Shown here: one piece after another, positions 30,088-38,678 of the stretch
How the letters are laid out: every line of letters starts with the position of its first letter
Position numbering within the stretch: position 1 is the stretch's first letter
Assembly (NCBI GenBank): GCA_965227515.1
Contig: CBDDFZ010000001.1
Span: forward strand, 384,001 to 448,000
Direction of reading: 5' to 3'
DNA from: Alphaproteobacteria bacterium
Lineage (GTDB): Bacteria; Pseudomonadota; Alphaproteobacteria; CALKHQ01
DNA: 64,000 bases
Program-made: the position numbers and the translations under genes
Notes under the pieces: model-generated
Databases searched by the model: none
What the model saw: only the letters and a program-made list of their open reading frames with translations
Told to the model about the DNA's origin: nothing

Positions 30088-30251
30088 TGTTGCATCCTCC
30101 CTTCCCGGCTCCCCTTCCCGGTTGCCGGCACACTACAACAATCGGTGGCGGCTGGGGCCACATCCATCAACGGCCGCGACAAGTCTGCACCGGCCGGGTT
30201 AGGTATTGCCCCCGGCAACACCAGCGATCCGGAACCGAGGGGAGAGACACG

Positions 30252-31061
30252 ATGAAATACGGCCGCATATTGATGACCGGGGCCGCCGGCGGCATCGGGC
30301 GCGCGATCCGCGCGAAGATCGGCCATCTGGCCGACACGATCCGCCTGTCCGACATCGTCGACATCGCCGACCCGGGCGCCAACGAGGAGGCGGTGACCTG
30401 CGACCTGGCCGACTTCGCCGCCGTGCGCGATCTGGTCGAGGGGTGCCAGGGCATCATCCACCTGGGCGGCATCTCGGTCGAGCGCCCGTTCAGCGAGATC
30501 GTCCAGGGCAACCTGATCGGCGTCTACAACCTCTACGAGGCGGCGCGCCAGGCCGGCACCCGGCGCATCTTCTTCGCCAGCTCCAACCACGCCATCGGCT
30601 TCCACGACCGCGAGGACCAGCTCGACGCCAAGTCGCTGACCAAGCCCGACGGCATCTATGGCGTCTCCAAGGTTTATGGCGAGGCGATCGCCAGCATGTA
30701 CTTCGACAAGTTCGGCATCGAGACCGCACGGGTGCGCATCGGCTCATGCTTCCCGAAGCCGACCGACCACCGCCAGCTCGCCACCTGGCTGAGCTATGAC
30801 GACCTGGTGCGCCTGCTGGAGTGCATGTTCCGGGTCACCCGGCTGGGCTGCCCCGTCATCTATGGCGCGTCCAATAACGCCGAGCAGTGGTGGGACAACA
30901 GCCATGTCGGCTATCTGGGCTGGCAACCCCAGGACAGCGCGGAGGATTTTCGCGCCGAAGTCGACGCGGCGGTCGAAAATCCTGCCTTCGACGCGCCCGA
31001 CGTGCTCTATCATGGCGGCGGCTTCACCGCCCAAGAAAAGCACTTTCCGCCGCAAGGCTGA
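30252..31061 (+). CDS. Uronate dehydrogenase-like NAD-dependent epimerase/dehydrogenase
   Basis: TGAAGGIG, ASSNHAIG, PDGIYGVSK, RIGSCF, WLSYDD. Confidence 0.82.
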   Translation: MKYGRILMTGAAGGIGRAIRAKIGHLADTIRLSDIVDIADPGANEEAVTCDLADFAAVRDLVEGCQGIIHLGGISVERPFSEIVQGNLIGVYNLYEAARQAGTRRIFFASSNHAIGFHDREDQLDAKSLTKPDGIYGVSKVYGEAIASMYFDKFGIETARVRIGSCFPKPTDHRQLATWLSYDDLVRLLECMFRVTRLGCPVIYGASNNAEQWWDNSHVGYLGWQPQDSAEDFRAEVDAAVENPAFDAPDVLYHGGGFTAQEKHFPPQG

Positions 31062-31130
31062 TTCCACAGGGCTGACCTCCCGCACAAGAACACAACATCC
31101 GGAAACGCCTGAAACCTCGAGGTAGCCGAC

Positions 31131-31829
31131 ATGCTGACCGAACCGCCACGCCTGACCATCCGCCGCACCATCGACCGCCCGCCGGCGGACCTGCTGGCCT
31201 GTTTCGCCGACGCCCCCACCGGCTGGCTGACCGACGCCCAAAACGGGCGCGGGTCGTTGGACGCCGCGATCAAGCCGATCGCGCCCGACGTTGAAGGCAT
31301 GGCGCGTTTTGCCGGCCCGGCGATCACCTGCTGGTGCGGGCCCAACGACAATCTGGCGCTGATGTCGGCGCTGTCGATGGTGGAGCCGGGCGACGTGCTG
31401 ATCGCCGCGTCCGAGGGCTTCAACAACTCCGGCATGCTGGGCGACCTGTTGGCCGGCATGGCGAAGAACAAGGGGGCCGCCGCCATCATCACCGACGGCA
31501 TGGCCCGCGACTGGGAGGGGCTGGTCGGGGTCGGCCTGCCGATCTACAGCCGCGGCATCACGCCGAACTCCTGCGTACGCAGCGGCCCGGGCAAGATCGG
31601 CTTCCCGATCGATGTCGGTGGCCGGTCGGTCTCGTCCGGCGACCTGCTGGTCGGCGACCGCGACGGGGTGGTGGTGGTGCCGCGCAGCGAAATGGAGACA
31701 GTGGCCGCCAAGCTGGAGCAGGTGAGCGCTGCGGAGCGCGCGGCGGAAGCCGCGGTCAAGGGCGGCCGCACCGGGCTCGACGAGATCGCCGAGCTCTTGG
31801 CCTCCGACCGCGTGCAGTACGTGGATTAG
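31131..31829 (+). CDS. RraA/HMG-aldolase family protein
   Basis: FAGPAIT, DNLA, PGDVL, DGMARD, GDLLVGDRDGVVVVP. Confidence 0.85.
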   Translation: MLTEPPRLTIRRTIDRPPADLLACFADAPTGWLTDAQNGRGSLDAAIKPIAPDVEGMARFAGPAITCWCGPNDNLALMSALSMVEPGDVLIAASEGFNNSGMLGDLLAGMAKNKGAAAIITDGMARDWEGLVGVGLPIYSRGITPNSCVRSGPGKIGFPIDVGGRSVSSGDLLVGDRDGVVVVPRSEMETVAAKLEQVSAAERAAEAAVKGGRTGLDEIAELLASDRVQYVD

Positions 31830-31858
31830 GGGGCTTTTGCCGCGCTGACGCGCAAACG

Positions 31859-31920
31859 GCGCCGGCCCACTCCCCCACCCGACCGCCCGATGATACTGTC
31901 GGCAGGCGCCCGGGTGGGGA
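31859..31920. repeat. Dispersed palindromic repeat, degenerate copy 3
   Basis: GCGCCGGCCCACTCCCCCACCCG..GATACTGTC..CGGGTGGGGA. Confidence 0.6.
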
Positions 31921-31959
31921 CGCAACCCAGCACCATCAGGACTTCCGATCAGGCAAGTT

Positions 31960-32736
31960 ATGCACCCACACCATCCCTTCTGGGTCGGCACCGGCTGGAA
32001 GATGAACAAGACCCTGGCCGAGGCGGAGGCCTATGCCGACGCCTTGCGCCAGGCGTTTGCCGCCGCGCCGCCAACCGTGAACGTGTTCGTCGTGCCGCCG
32101 TTCACGGTACTGCGCCAGGTCAAGCAGCGGCTGGCCGGCGCGCCGGTACTGGTCGGCGCCCAGAACATGCACTGGGACGATACAGGCGCCTGGACAGGCG
32201 AGATCTCGGCGCCGATGCTGACCGACTGCGGCGCCGATCTGGTCGAACTGGGCCATTCCGAGCGGCGCACCCATTTCAACGAGACCGACGCAGCGGTCGG
32301 CGGCAAGGTCGCCGCCGCGCGCCGCCACGGGCTGATCGCCCTGGTCTGCATCGGCGAGACGCGCGACGAGCGCGAGGCCGGCGCGGCCGACGAGGTGCTC
32401 GCGCGCCAGACCCGAGCGGCGCTGGCCCATGTGCCGGGCGCGAACCCGGCCGAGGTGGTCTTCGCCTACGAGCCGGTATGGGCCATCGGCAGCGGCGGCG
32501 AACCCGCCACCCCCGACTACGCCGAAGCGCGCCACCGCGCCATCAAGGCGGCCGCCGCCGAGACCATGGCGGCGACACCGCAGGTGCTCTATGGCGGCAG
32601 CGTCAACGCGGACAATTGCGCCGGCTTCGCTGCCCAACCGTCCATCGACGGGCTGTTCATCGGCCGCGCGGCATGGGATGTTGCCGGCCTCATCGACATT
32701 ATCGGCCGGGCCACCGCGGCGCGCGCCGCCGCATGA
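31960..32736 (+). CDS. Triosephosphate isomerase paralog (TpiB/EryH-type, probably tetrose-phosphate isomerase)
   Basis: FWVGTGWKMNKT in place of GNWKMN; GHSERR, AYEPVWAIG, GLFIGRAAW. Confidence 0.8.
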   Translation: MHPHHPFWVGTGWKMNKTLAEAEAYADALRQAFAAAPPTVNVFVVPPFTVLRQVKQRLAGAPVLVGAQNMHWDDTGAWTGEISAPMLTDCGADLVELGHSERRTHFNETDAAVGGKVAAARRHGLIALVCIGETRDEREAGAADEVLARQTRAALAHVPGANPAEVVFAYEPVWAIGSGGEPATPDYAEARHRAIKAAAAETMAATPQVLYGGSVNADNCAGFAAQPSIDGLFIGRAAWDVAGLIDIIGRATAARAAA

Positions 32737-32833
32737 CCGAACGCCAGGGGATCAGGTTCGCCGTCATGACCAAGCAGAGCAACATCGACGCCGGCTGCAA
32801 TCGAATTCCGGCGGGCGGCTGACTGGCGCAGCC

Positions 32834-33418
32834 ATGCAGGACCGGGGGGCAAATGGCGCCGGCACGCCGCCGGCGGGCGCATTTCAAGTGCGGAATGCCG
32901 AGATTGCCGACATGGCGGCGGTGCGCGAGATCTATCGCCAGGAGGTCGAGAAGGGCCTGGCGACGTTCGAGGAATCGACCCCCAGCGTGGCGGAACTGGA
33001 GCAACGCCGGCAGGCGATCCTGGCCATCGGCCTGCCATACCTGGTCGCGGACGCCGGCGGCACGGTATTGGGCTACAGCTACGCATCGAACTTCCGGCCG
33101 CGGGTGGCCTACCGCGCGACGGTCGAGAACTCGGTCTATGTCGGCCGCGAGGCGCGCCGCCGCGGCGTCGCCCGGGCCTTGCTGACCGAGCTGATCGCGC
33201 GCTGCGAAACGGCCGGCAAGCGGCAGATGATTGCGGTCATCGGCGATTCGGCCAACACCGCGTCCATCGAACTGCATCGCCAGCTCGGGTTCCGCATGGT
33301 GGGCACCCTGGAGTCGGCCGGGCTGAAGTTCGGCCGCTGGGTCGATGTCGTGATCATGCAGCGCGCGCTGGATCGCAGCACCGAACCGCCGACCCGCTAC
33401 ATTCCCAGCACGCCATGA
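32834..33418 (+). CDS. GNAT N-acetyltransferase (phosphinothricin acetyltransferase/YncA-like)
   Basis: ATFEE, YRATVENSVYV, NTASIELH, KFGRWVD. Confidence 0.88.
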   Translation: MQDRGANGAGTPPAGAFQVRNAEIADMAAVREIYRQEVEKGLATFEESTPSVAELEQRRQAILAIGLPYLVADAGGTVLGYSYASNFRPRVAYRATVENSVYVGREARRRGVARALLTELIARCETAGKRQMIAVIGDSANTASIELHRQLGFRMVGTLESAGLKFGRWVDVVIMQRALDRSTEPPTRYIPSTP

Positions 33419-33573
33419 ACTTTGCGGTCCCGGGATCGGTCCCTGCGCCGTCTCGTCACGCGCTGTGGGGGTGACCGCCGACCGGCGCCGAATTATTCTG
33501 CGCCAGCGCAAGTGGAACAATCAGCATCGTCGCCTTGCCGTGGCGACGACTGCACAATGGACGGAGAACCCCC

Positions 33574-33861
33574 ATGGCCAGCACGACACTGCATGCACCG
33601 CGCGAGCGGCTGAGCAAGGACGCCATTCACCTGCACCACGCCATCGTCTCGCTGATGGAAGAGCTGGAGGCGGTCGACTGGTACCGCCAGCGCGCCGACG
33701 ATTGCGAGGATGAGGCCCTGAAGGCGATCCTGCTGCACAACATGCGCGAGGAGATGGAGCACGCGGCCATGGTGCTGGAGTGGATTCGGCGGAACAACAA
33801 GGACTTCGAGGAGCAACTGAAGGACTTCTTGTTCACCGACAAGGAAATTGCCCACCACTGA
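33574..33861 (+). CDS. Encapsulin-associated-type ferritin-like protein (EncFtn family)
   Basis: SLMEELEAVDWYRQR...ILLHN.REE.EHA.M.LEWIRR. Confidence 0.85.
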   Translation: MASTTLHAPRERLSKDAIHLHHAIVSLMEELEAVDWYRQRADDCEDEALKAILLHNMREEMEHAAMVLEWIRRNNKDFEEQLKDFLFTDKEIAHH

Positions 33862-33953
33862 GCTTGATCAGGCACCGCCCGATCGCAGCCCAAACATGCA
33901 GACGGCGGGGCACATGGCCCCGCCGTCGCCAACCAACAAGAACTGCCCGGAAA

Positions 33954-34469
33954 TCAGGCGGCGGCTGAGATCGCCGTCCCGTCCCGTTCGACGCCCAGGG
34001 CCGCCCGCAGCCGGGTTCGCGCCCGCGACAGGCGCGAGCGGATCGTGCCCACCGCCACGTCCAGGATGCCGGCGGCCTCCTGGTAGTCGTGGCCCTCCGC
34101 ACCGACCAGAAGCAGAATGCGGCGATCCTGCTCCGACAGGTTCGACATCGCGCGCCACACGTCGTTCATCTCGACATGCGCGGTCTGGCCCGCCGGTGAC
34201 GGAAACAGGTCTTCGCAGGCCGTGGCATCCATGCTGCCGACCCACTTGCTGCGGCGGCGCAATTCGTTGATGTGCGCGTTGCGAAGAATGGTGAACATCC
34301 AGGCGCGCAGGTTCGTGCCCGGCTGGAACTGGTGCAGGCGGCGCAACGCCCGCTCCAGGCTGTGCTGTACCAGATCGTCCGCGCGATCCTCATCTCGGGT
34401 TAGTTTCCGTGCGAACGCGCGAAGTTGCGGGATAAGAGACTCCATCTCGCGAGGCAATTCACTGGACAT
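33954..34469 (-). CDS. ECF sigma factor, EcfG/SigT-like
   Basis: IPQLRAFARKL, ADDLVQ, FQPGTNLRAWMFTILRN, GTIRSRLSRAR. Confidence 0.88.
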   Translation of the reverse strand: MSSELPREMESLIPQLRAFARKLTRDEDRADDLVQHSLERALRRLHQFQPGTNLRAWMFTILRNAHINELRRRSKWVGSMDATACEDLFPSPAGQTAHVEMNDVWRAMSNLSEQDRRILLLVGAEGHDYQEAAGILDVAVGTIRSRLSRARTRLRAALGVERDGTAISAAA

Positions 34470-34771
34470 GTCCCAAACTCCTGCTTGGTAAAACCCCAAT
34501 ATGTTCGGTGCAGACTAGTGCCAGCAAACTAGCGTGCAACGACTTTCGTATGTGGTGGATACTCCTGTGGATGCAAATGTGACGATTGATTTGTTACCTC
34601 TATTTAATACGACTATGTCAATTACTCCACATACGTCAGTGACGTCAGTTACATAATCCAGGCCGCACGTGGCAGCGTGGCTAACTTAGGTGAACGAGCC
34701 CGGGTCCGCCGCGTGCTATAGAACGTGCAATCGGCCCCGATACGGGCCGCGAAACCCAAGCGGAGGCTTGA

Positions 34772-34990
34772 ATGGGCCAGAAACAGGCGCCCAAGCGCAG
34801 CGAGAAGCTGCAGCTGATGTTGGATCAGGAAGAACTGGCCGCGATCGAGGATTGGCGGTTCCGTAACCGCATGCCCAGCCGCGCCGCCGCGATCCGGGAA
34901 CTGCTCCGCCGCGGGCTGAACAGCGGCGACGACGCCGACGACATGGTCGTCAACGGGTCGACCACGGAATACCGCGTCGTGGCCGACTAA
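34772..34990 (+). CDS. Small ribbon-helix-helix-like protein
   Basis: LQLML..EELAAIEDWRF.NRMPSRAAAIRELLRRGL; GGAGG RBS. Confidence 0.75.
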   Translation: MGQKQAPKRSEKLQLMLDQEELAAIEDWRFRNRMPSRAAAIRELLRRGLNSGDDADDMVVNGSTTEYRVVAD

Positions 34991-35002
34991 GGCGTGCCTC
35001 GC

Positions 35003-36364
35003 CTACGTTAAATCGGCCCCGTCGGCCCGGCGCGCCGCGACGATCTCCGCGATCTGCGCCGAAGCTTCGTCCAGATCGGTCTTGTCGGCCTCGATCCGTT
35101 GCCGCTCGCGGGCGAAATCCACGGCCCGCTGGCGCATCTTGTCGATGTCATCCAGATACGCCGGCTCGCAATCAGCCGCCAGGTCCCTCAGTGCGCCCAT
35201 CAGCACCTGGGTGACCTCGGCGAACCCGGCCCCGTCGCGCGCAATCGGGCGAAACGCCCGGTGCAGCATGCTGGCGAAGTTGGGCTTCGGCATGGTGACC
35301 CGCCCCTCCGCCCGGCTGGACGCCGGATAGCGGTCCGGCGGCACCTTCGCGGCGCAGTGCAGCAACGCACTCAGATAGCCAACCGTGGTAATCGCGGTCT
35401 GCGGGTCGTTGATGCCGGGCGACAGCGCGCGCACCGCCACCTCCGACAGCAGCTCGAACCCCAGCATCGGGTCGGCCTCGTGGCTGCGCTCGAACCCCAC
35501 CACCACCGTATCGCGCAGGCAGGCGACCAGCCGCTCGTCGCTCTCGTCCAGGCCCTGGACCCGCAACAGAGGGCGGTGCTGGTGCACGAAGCTGCCCTCC
35601 TTGATCTCAAGCCGGATGCGCAGGTCGTGCTCGGCCGCCAGGTCATCGAGGGCGGCAAAATCGATCAGCTGCACATAGCCCGTCTCCGGCTTCGCGATGG
35701 CGCTCGAACCGGCGGTGTCAAACGGCAGCGGGACCGGCTGATCGGCCTGTGTCGGCGAAGCCAGGAACGCCTCCAGCACCGTCTCCGCCTGCCGGTGCAC
35801 GCGCGCCACGACCCGGGTCAGCTTCAGGGCGTTGGCGACGTGGTCGATCCACTTGATGAAATAGCGGATCACCGCGGCCACCAGCGCCAGCGTGATGACA
35901 AAGGTGATCGACAGCCCGGCCTCGGCAATGTCGTTCAGCCCCATCAGCAGCAAGGCGGTGAGGGAGAACACGAACGTGGCCAGGAAGGTCGAGAACGCGT
36001 TCTGCGTCACCCGGTCGGCCAGCAGTTCCGGCACCGTGCGCGGGCTGGCCTGGCCGGAGCTTTGGCTCAGCACCAGCATCAGCACCGACAGGGTGACGGT
36101 GGTGACCGTCAGCATGGCGCCGGCCAGCAGGCGCAGCAGCTCGGCGACCGTCGCGCGGTCGAGCTCCGGAATCCACGGCAAGGCGCCGCGCGGCACGTAG
36201 TTGTCCACGAACGCCACCGCGACCGCGACGATCACCGCCAGAAGGCACGTGGCGGTCGGCCGGAACCATAGCGCGGAACGTATGCCTTGCAGCTTCTTGC
36301 GCAACGCCGAGAACATGAGCACCCGATCCGAGTAGTCGATGACCTTGCCGGCAGCATGCCGCAT
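35003..36364 (-). CDS. DUF2254-type membrane protein
   Basis: SALWF.P, QASPR, GYVQ.ID, EVAVRALSPGINDPQTA; start uncertain. Confidence 0.78.
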   Translation of the reverse strand: MRHAAGKVIDYSDRVLMFSALRKKLQGIRSALWFRPTATCLLAVIVAVAVAFVDNYVPRGALPWIPELDRATVAELLRLLAGAMLTVTTVTLSVLMLVLSQSSGQASPRTVPELLADRVTQNAFSTFLATFVFSLTALLLMGLNDIAEAGLSITFVITLALVAAVIRYFIKWIDHVANALKLTRVVARVHRQAETVLEAFLASPTQADQPVPLPFDTAGSSAIAKPETGYVQLIDFAALDDLAAEHDLRIRLEIKEGSFVHQHRPLLRVQGLDESDERLVACLRDTVVVGFERSHEADPMLGFELLSEVAVRALSPGINDPQTAITTVGYLSALLHCAAKVPPDRYPASSRAEGRVTMPKPNFASMLHRAFRPIARDGAGFAEVTQVLMGALRDLAADCEPAYLDDIDKMRQRAVDFARERQRIEADKTDLDEASAQIAEIVAARRADGADLT

Positions 36365-36383
36365 GACCGGCGCCGTGGCACCC

Positions 36384-36431
36384 CCCCCAGGACGTCTCCC
36401 CCAGGACGCCTCCCCCAGGACGCCTCCCCAG
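36384..36431. repeat. 14-bp tandem repeat (CCCCCAGGACGYCT x3 plus partial)
   Basis: Read directly from sequence. Confidence 0.85.
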
Positions 36432-36495
36432 CATCCAACCCGACAACAGCGCGGCGCGGATAAGGTTGCCGCTGGAGCCTTATCCGCTCAGGCGC

Positions 36496-36521
36496 GGAAC
36501 CCGATCCACCCCCGAAGCGTT
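36496..36521 (+). promoter_or_regulatory. EcfG-type promoter upstream of csbD-like gene
   Basis: GGAAC-N17-CGTT. Confidence 0.7.
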
Positions 36522-36611
36522 GAGCAGACAATCGCGACCGCATGGCTTCGACCGGCGGCGCGGGTTCCGCTTCAAGGCGCCAGCAGCGCCGATATCCAAG
36601 AGGAGAGAGAC

Positions 36612-36803
36612 ATGAATTCCGAACAACTGAAGGGCAACTGGAACATCCTGAAGGGCAAGGTCCGCCAGAAATGGGGCGACCTGACCGACGACGATCTCGA
36701 CCAGATCGAGGGCCGGCAGGAGGAATTGATCGGCCGGATCCAGAAGGCCTATGGCATTTCCAAGGAGGAAGCGAAGCGTCAGGTCGACGACTGGGCCGCG
36801 TAG
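36612..36803 (+). CDS. CsbD family stress protein
   Basis: LKGNWNILKGKVRQKWGDLTDDDL..IEG. Confidence 0.92.
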   Translation: MNSEQLKGNWNILKGKVRQKWGDLTDDDLDQIEGRQEELIGRIQKAYGISKEEAKRQVDDWAA

Positions 36804-36940
36804 CCGGTCAGGTCGCGCATGCCGGCGGGCTGCCAAGGCAGGCAGAGTGACCAGGTAGTGACGGACCGGCGTCGGCGCGTATCGGCGCCGGTCCAGCCTG
36901 CCCCGCATCCGAACCAAGACGCCAAGAAAGGATCGAAGCC

Positions 36941-37117
36941 ATGTTGATGTGGGCACTGGGATTTCTGGTTCTGGCGGTCGTGGCCGCCGTGTTCGGCTTC
37001 GGCGGCGTCGCGGAAGCCGCTGTCGATATCGCGCAGATCCTGTTTTTCGTCTTCCTCGTCCTGCTCGTGATCTCGCTCGTGCTGCACTTCACGCGCGGCG
37101 GGCGCCGACGCATATAG
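36941..37117 (+). CDS. DUF1328 small membrane protein (not in ORF track)
   Basis: [46 protein letters not shown]. Confidence 0.88.
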   Translation: MLMWALGFLVLAVVAAVFGFGGVAEAAVDIAQILFFVFLVLLVISLVLHFTRGGRRRI

Positions 37118-37217
37118 CCGGGCAGCCGCACCGCCGAAGGATCACCCGCCAAAACGCGTTCCGCCGTTGTTATAATTGCTCTAAGTTGGGGCGGAGGCAG
37201 GGTCCCGGCGGCAAGAT

Positions 37218-37988
37218 ATGGCAACAGACGCGTTCCTGGAGGACATCAAACAGGTGACAGTCCACCTGATCAGGAAGCTTGCGCCGGTCTTCAGGTTCGA
37301 CGACGAGCTTGAAACGGCGATCAGGCTGTTGTCGCACAACGAGGTCGTCTTCGGACGGCATGACGAGATCATCGCCGAGGGCGATCCGTACGAGTACGTC
37401 TACCTGCTGCATAGCGGCTGGGTGGTCCGCTCCAAGATCCTGGAAACCGGGCAGCGGCAGATCGTCAACTTCGCGCTGCCGGGCGATTTCCTGTGCTTCA
37501 ACGCCGCCTTCTTCCTGAACGCGGACTACCATTTGACCGCGCAGACCGAGGTGCATGCCGCGGTCATCCCGATCCACGGGTTCTCGGACATGCTGGCAAC
37601 CCATTCGCGGCTGTCGCTGATCCTGTCATGGACCAACGCGCGCGAGGAATCCCTGCTGTCGGAGCGGCTGGTGTCACTCGGCCGGCGCAGTGCCAAGGAG
37701 CGCATGGCCCACTTGTTCTGCGAGCTGTGGCGCCGGTTGGAACTGCTGGATCTGACCGACGGCAACCGGTTTCCGTTGCCGATCACCCAGGAGGACCTGG
37801 GCGACACGCTGGGCCTGAGCGCCGTTCACGTCAACCGCACGCTGCGCAAGCTGCGCGACGAGCAACTGATCGCGCCGACCCCGCACCACATCCGCATACT
37901 GGACAAAGCGGGGCTGGAGCGCGCCGCCGGCTTCGATGAAGGCTACCTGCACTTCTCGGAGATGCACCAGGTGGCCTGGAACGATTAG
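37218..37988 (+). CDS. Crp/Fnr family transcriptional regulator
   Basis: GQRQIVNFALPGDF, LGRRSAKERMAH, TQEDLGDTLGLSAVHVNRTL. Confidence 0.92.
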   Translation: MATDAFLEDIKQVTVHLIRKLAPVFRFDDELETAIRLLSHNEVVFGRHDEIIAEGDPYEYVYLLHSGWVVRSKILETGQRQIVNFALPGDFLCFNAAFFLNADYHLTAQTEVHAAVIPIHGFSDMLATHSRLSLILSWTNAREESLLSERLVSLGRRSAKERMAHLFCELWRRLELLDLTDGNRFPLPITQEDLGDTLGLSAVHVNRTLRKLRDEQLIAPTPHHIRILDKAGLERAAGFDEGYLHFSEMHQVAWND

Positions 37989-38007
37989 AGCACGATCATT
38001 CCAGTCG

Positions 38008-38117
38008 GCACCGGCCCTCTCCCATTTCCATGCGGTCGCGCATCCGCGCTCCCTTTTGGCACCCGGCCACCCCGCAGGATACTCTCGAGGGTGGCCGGGT
38101 GGGGAGAGGGCTGGTGC
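38008..38117. repeat. Dispersed palindromic repeat, copy 4 with internal insertion
   Basis: GCACCGGCCCTCTCCC...CCCGGCCACCC..GGATACT..GGGTGGCCGGGTGGGGAGAGGGCTGGTGC. Confidence 0.75.
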
Positions 38118-38164
38118 AGATTCAGCGCAAGCTGATCGTATCGTTCGCCACCACCCCAACCGGG

Positions 38165-38305
38165 TCAGGTGGATTCGTCACCGTCCACGGCGTCCACGGT
38201 CTCTTCGACGTCATCGCCAACGCCGCGGATCGTGTTCTCACACGCAGCGGCGCCCAAGAGCAACGAGCAGGCGAGCAGCGCGAAAATCGGGCGCAGATAG
38301 GTCAT
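38165..38305 (-). CDS. Entericidin EcnA/B-like small lipoprotein
   Basis: MTYLRPIFALLACSLLLGAAACENTIRGVGDDVEE. Confidence 0.75.
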   Translation of the reverse strand: MTYLRPIFALLACSLLLGAAACENTIRGVGDDVEETVDAVDGDEST

Positions 38306-38369
38306 GGTTCTTCCTCTCTCGTGCCGCCGACAAAGCGACAGGTTGGTGGAAGAGCGCCGGAATGGCGCG

Positions 38370-38504
38370 TCAGATGCTGTCGTCCACGGCATCCACCGTT
38401 TCTTCCACGTCGTCACCGATCCCGCGGATGGTGTTGTCGCAAGCAGCAGCACCCAGCAGCAAAGCGCAGGCAAGAAGCGCAAGGAACGGACGCAACAGGG
38501 ACAT
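38370..38504 (-). CDS. Entericidin EcnA/B-like small lipoprotein (tandem paralog, not in ORF track)
   Basis: MSLLRPFLALLACALLLGAAACDNTIRGIGDDVEETVDAVDDSI; AGGAG RBS. Confidence 0.75.
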   Translation of the reverse strand: MSLLRPFLALLACALLLGAAACDNTIRGIGDDVEETVDAVDDSI

Positions 38505-38607
38505 GACAGTCTCCTTTCACCGGTTGGTGCCGAGGCCGGCACCCTGGGGGTCATCGCGCGACCGCTTACAACCCGCCTGCCCGCGGACACGGCGGTTCAG
38601 CGGTGTA

Positions 38608-38632
38608 AACGCCACAAACTACAATAGGTTCC
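38608..38632 (-). promoter_or_regulatory. EcfG-type promoter upstream of entericidin-like pair
   Basis: GGAAC-N16-CGTT on minus strand. Confidence 0.7.
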
Positions 38633-38678
38633 GGCGCCCGTCGAACGATGCCGGTCGGATGGGAGGGGGCATTGCGCC

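Noticed and set aside
28019-30163. 714-aa fusion ORF (likewise 4843-6615, 17736-19430, 60031-61338 and 62487-63629 taken at full length)
   Set aside because: The 5' portions overlap other real genes in another frame or strand; true starts are internal
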